Shown: piece by piece, positions 62,325 to 64,000 of the stretch
How the letters are laid out: each line of letters opens with the position of its first letter
Numbering within the stretch: the first letter of the stretch is position 1
Assembly: GCA_900551665.1 (NCBI GenBank)
Contig: URWW01000001.1
Coordinates: 970-64,969 of the forward strand
Reading direction: 5' to 3'
From: an uncultured Collinsella sp.
GTDB taxonomy: Bacteria > Actinomycetota > Coriobacteriia > Coriobacteriales > Coriobacteriaceae
Length of the DNA stretch: 64,000 nucleotides
Program-made: the position numbers and the translations under genes
Notes under the pieces: model-generated
Told to the model about the DNA's origin: nothing
The model's database searches: none
The model's input: only the letters and a program-made list of their open reading frames with translations

Positions 62325-64000
62325 TTAAGCGGACAGCGCCGGGTTGTCGCCGCAGTACTTCTCGAGAATGTGATCGTAGGTGCGGGTGCGCTTGTCAAAG
62401 GCAGCGCCGCCCTCGGTGAGCAGGCCGCGGGACTCGAGGTCCTCGGCGACGTCGTCCATACCGAGGTCCTTCAGGCACTCCTTGGTCGGGCAGCCGAGCT
62501 TCTCGTCCCAACCGAAGCGCTTGTAGAGCATGGTAAGGGCCTTCTTCCAGTCCTTACGCTCCATCTTGTCGGTGCCGGGGGTGAAGGGCTCGATCTCGGG
62601 ATCCTTCTCGAAGACCCACTCGGTGATGACGTCGTGGACGCCGCGCAGGTCGTTGCAACCCACGTTGCCGTCCTTGTCCTTCATGCCGCGGACCGTGTTG
62701 GCGCGCTGGAGGGTCATGATGCGCTCGCCGGCCTTGTACAGGTCGTCGATGGTGACCTTCTGGCCGGTGACAGCGGTGTAGAACTGGGCCTCAAGGTCCA
62801 GGTCGCCGCGGTAGTTGCGCTCCTTGGCAGGGGCCATGGCCATCGGCCACACCCAGTTGCACAGGACCAGGGAGTCATGCAGGACGTCGGTCACGATGCT
62901 CCACCAGGCGAACTCGGCCTTGGCCTCATTCATCTCGGTGTAATCCTTGACCGGGTCGATGGCGCCCTTGCCCCACATCTCGGTGGCCATCTCTTCCTTG
63001 AGCTCATACGGCAGGCCGCAGCCGTGGAAGTTGACGGCGGAGTGGATCATGTCGTCGCGGTTGAACATCATGTTGTACAGACCGCCGACCTGACCGAAGG
63101 TCTCGATGGAGTGGTGGACCGGCCAACCGCGGTAGTTGATCAGCGCGGACTTGGCGTTGTCGAACCAATCCATGCAATCCCACTCCTTGGCCCACACGAT
63201 GGGACCATGGCCGAGCAGGGAGATCGGCTTGTTCTCAACGTCGTTGGAGGCAATGTCGAGCAGGATCTTGACGAAGCTCGAGGGATCCTGGCCGTGGATG
63301 ATGGCGTCGAAGTTGTACTCGGCCATCTGCTCGGCCGGAACGTGCTTGTCCAGGATGCCGGCGGAGTAGGTGTAAGCCAGATCGCGGTAGAGCTGGGCGT
63401 AGTTGCACCACAGACCCAGATCGTCAACGGTGGCGGAAATGAGCATGTTGTAGCTCACGGAGAGGTCGGACAGCGTCTTGCCGTCCTCCTCGAAGATGCC
63501 CTCGGCCTTGAGGAAGGACTGCATATAGGCAGAGAACGGGAAGCCGGGGACGCAGGTGTTGCCCTGGGACTCGTAGCCGGTCTTCTCCTGCACGTAGGGC
63601 ACGTGGACCTGAGCGTAGCAGCGCACGGGGCAACCGTGGCAGCCGGCCATCTTGACCGTGTACTTCTCAGCAGCGGGGCCCATGTCCTTGGTGGACTTCA
63701 TGCAGCGATAGCCCATGGTGTTGAGCTCGAACGGCTTGGGCTCGCCGGTCTCGATGGGGCCGCCCTCGGCGGCAGCCCAGTAGAGGCCCTTGCGAGCGGT
63801 CCAACGGGAACCGGCGTCGTAGTACTCGGCCCAGGACTGCTGGGTGCTCGGCACGACGTGGTTGTTGTTGGAGCCAATGACCTGGGAGATCATGTAGTCG
63901 GACAGGTCGGCGACCATCTGCGGGTCGGCGACGTGGCAGGCCTTGGTGCCGCGGACGACGACGGCCTTGAGGTTCTTGGAGCCGAGGACGGCACCCAGGC
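62325..64000 (-). CDS. Aldehyde:ferredoxin oxidoreductase family, YdhV-like (Mo/W-pterin); 5' end outside the window
   Basis: Frame is open to the window edge: LGAVLGSKNLKAVVVRG; CHGCPVRC, DDLGLWCNY, NRD, DSLVLCNW, GERI..LQR, GWD...G.PT. Confidence 0.9.
   Translation of the reverse strand, partial: LGAVLGSKNLKAVVVRGTKACHVADPQMVADLSDYMISQVIGSNNNHVVPSTQQSWAEYYDAGSRWTARKGLYWAAAEGGPIETGEPKPFELNTMGYRCMKSTKDMGPAAEKYTVKMAGCHGCPVRCYAQVHVPYVQEKTGYESQGNTCVPGFPFSAYMQSFLKAEGIFEEDGKTLSDLSVSYNMLISATVDDLGLWCNYAQLYRDLAYTYSAGILDKHVPAEQMAEYNFDAIIHGQDPSSFVKILLDIASNDVENKPISLLGHGPIVWAKEWDCMDWFDNAKSALINYRGWPVHHSIETFGQVGGLYNMMFNRDDMIHSAVNFHGCGLPYELKEEMATEMWGKGAIDPVKDYTEMNEAKAEFAWWSIVTDVLHDSLVLCNWVWPMAMAPAKERNYRGDLDLEAQFYTAVTGQKVTIDDLYKAGERIMTLQRANTVRGMKDKDGNVGCNDLRGVHDVITEWVFEKDPEIEPFTPGTDKMERKDWKKALTMLYKRFGWDEKLGCPTKECLKDLGMDDVAEDLESRGLLTEGGAAFDKRTRTYDHILEKYCGDNPALSA

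Overview
High-GC chromosomal window, most likely from a Coriobacteriia (Collinsella-like) actinobacterium; the taxon is inferred from gene content and protein style. It is mostly housekeeping DNA. It carries a prfA-prmC-(malY/patB)-tsaC-(glpK)-rpiB-upp-atpIBEFHAGDC-murA-LCP-pepT-mntR cluster on the minus strand, a MarR-linked heterodimeric ABC exporter, a ccmEFABCD cytochrome c maturation locus with a CxxxY-type, internally duplicated CcmE, coaX, a folP-folK fusion, a sirtuin, xth, an ECF transporter, glmU-prs, pth, an NfnAB/SudAB pair, moaE, a sortase, purE, carAB, tRNA-Lys(UUU), an OmpR-type two-component system, and a YdhV-like aldehyde:ferredoxin oxidoreductase followed by a membrane-anchored multiheme cytochrome c. 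I saw no integrase, transposase, prophage or CRISPR-Cas. The most interesting signal is an unannotated 8-codon leader ORF upstream of prfA (RF1). It has a very strong SD and ends in UAG, the RF1-specific stop. In-frame read-through would stop at a UAA inside the prfA Shine-Dalgarno, which makes it a candidate RF1 autoregulatory switch. Other notable items are a PyrR-type loop occluding the carA SD, several unrelated families of intergenic palindromic repeats with covarying stems, and one frameshifted membrane-protein gene. Many starts were moved from the ORF track to SD-supported codons. All calls come from reading motifs by eye, without database searches.
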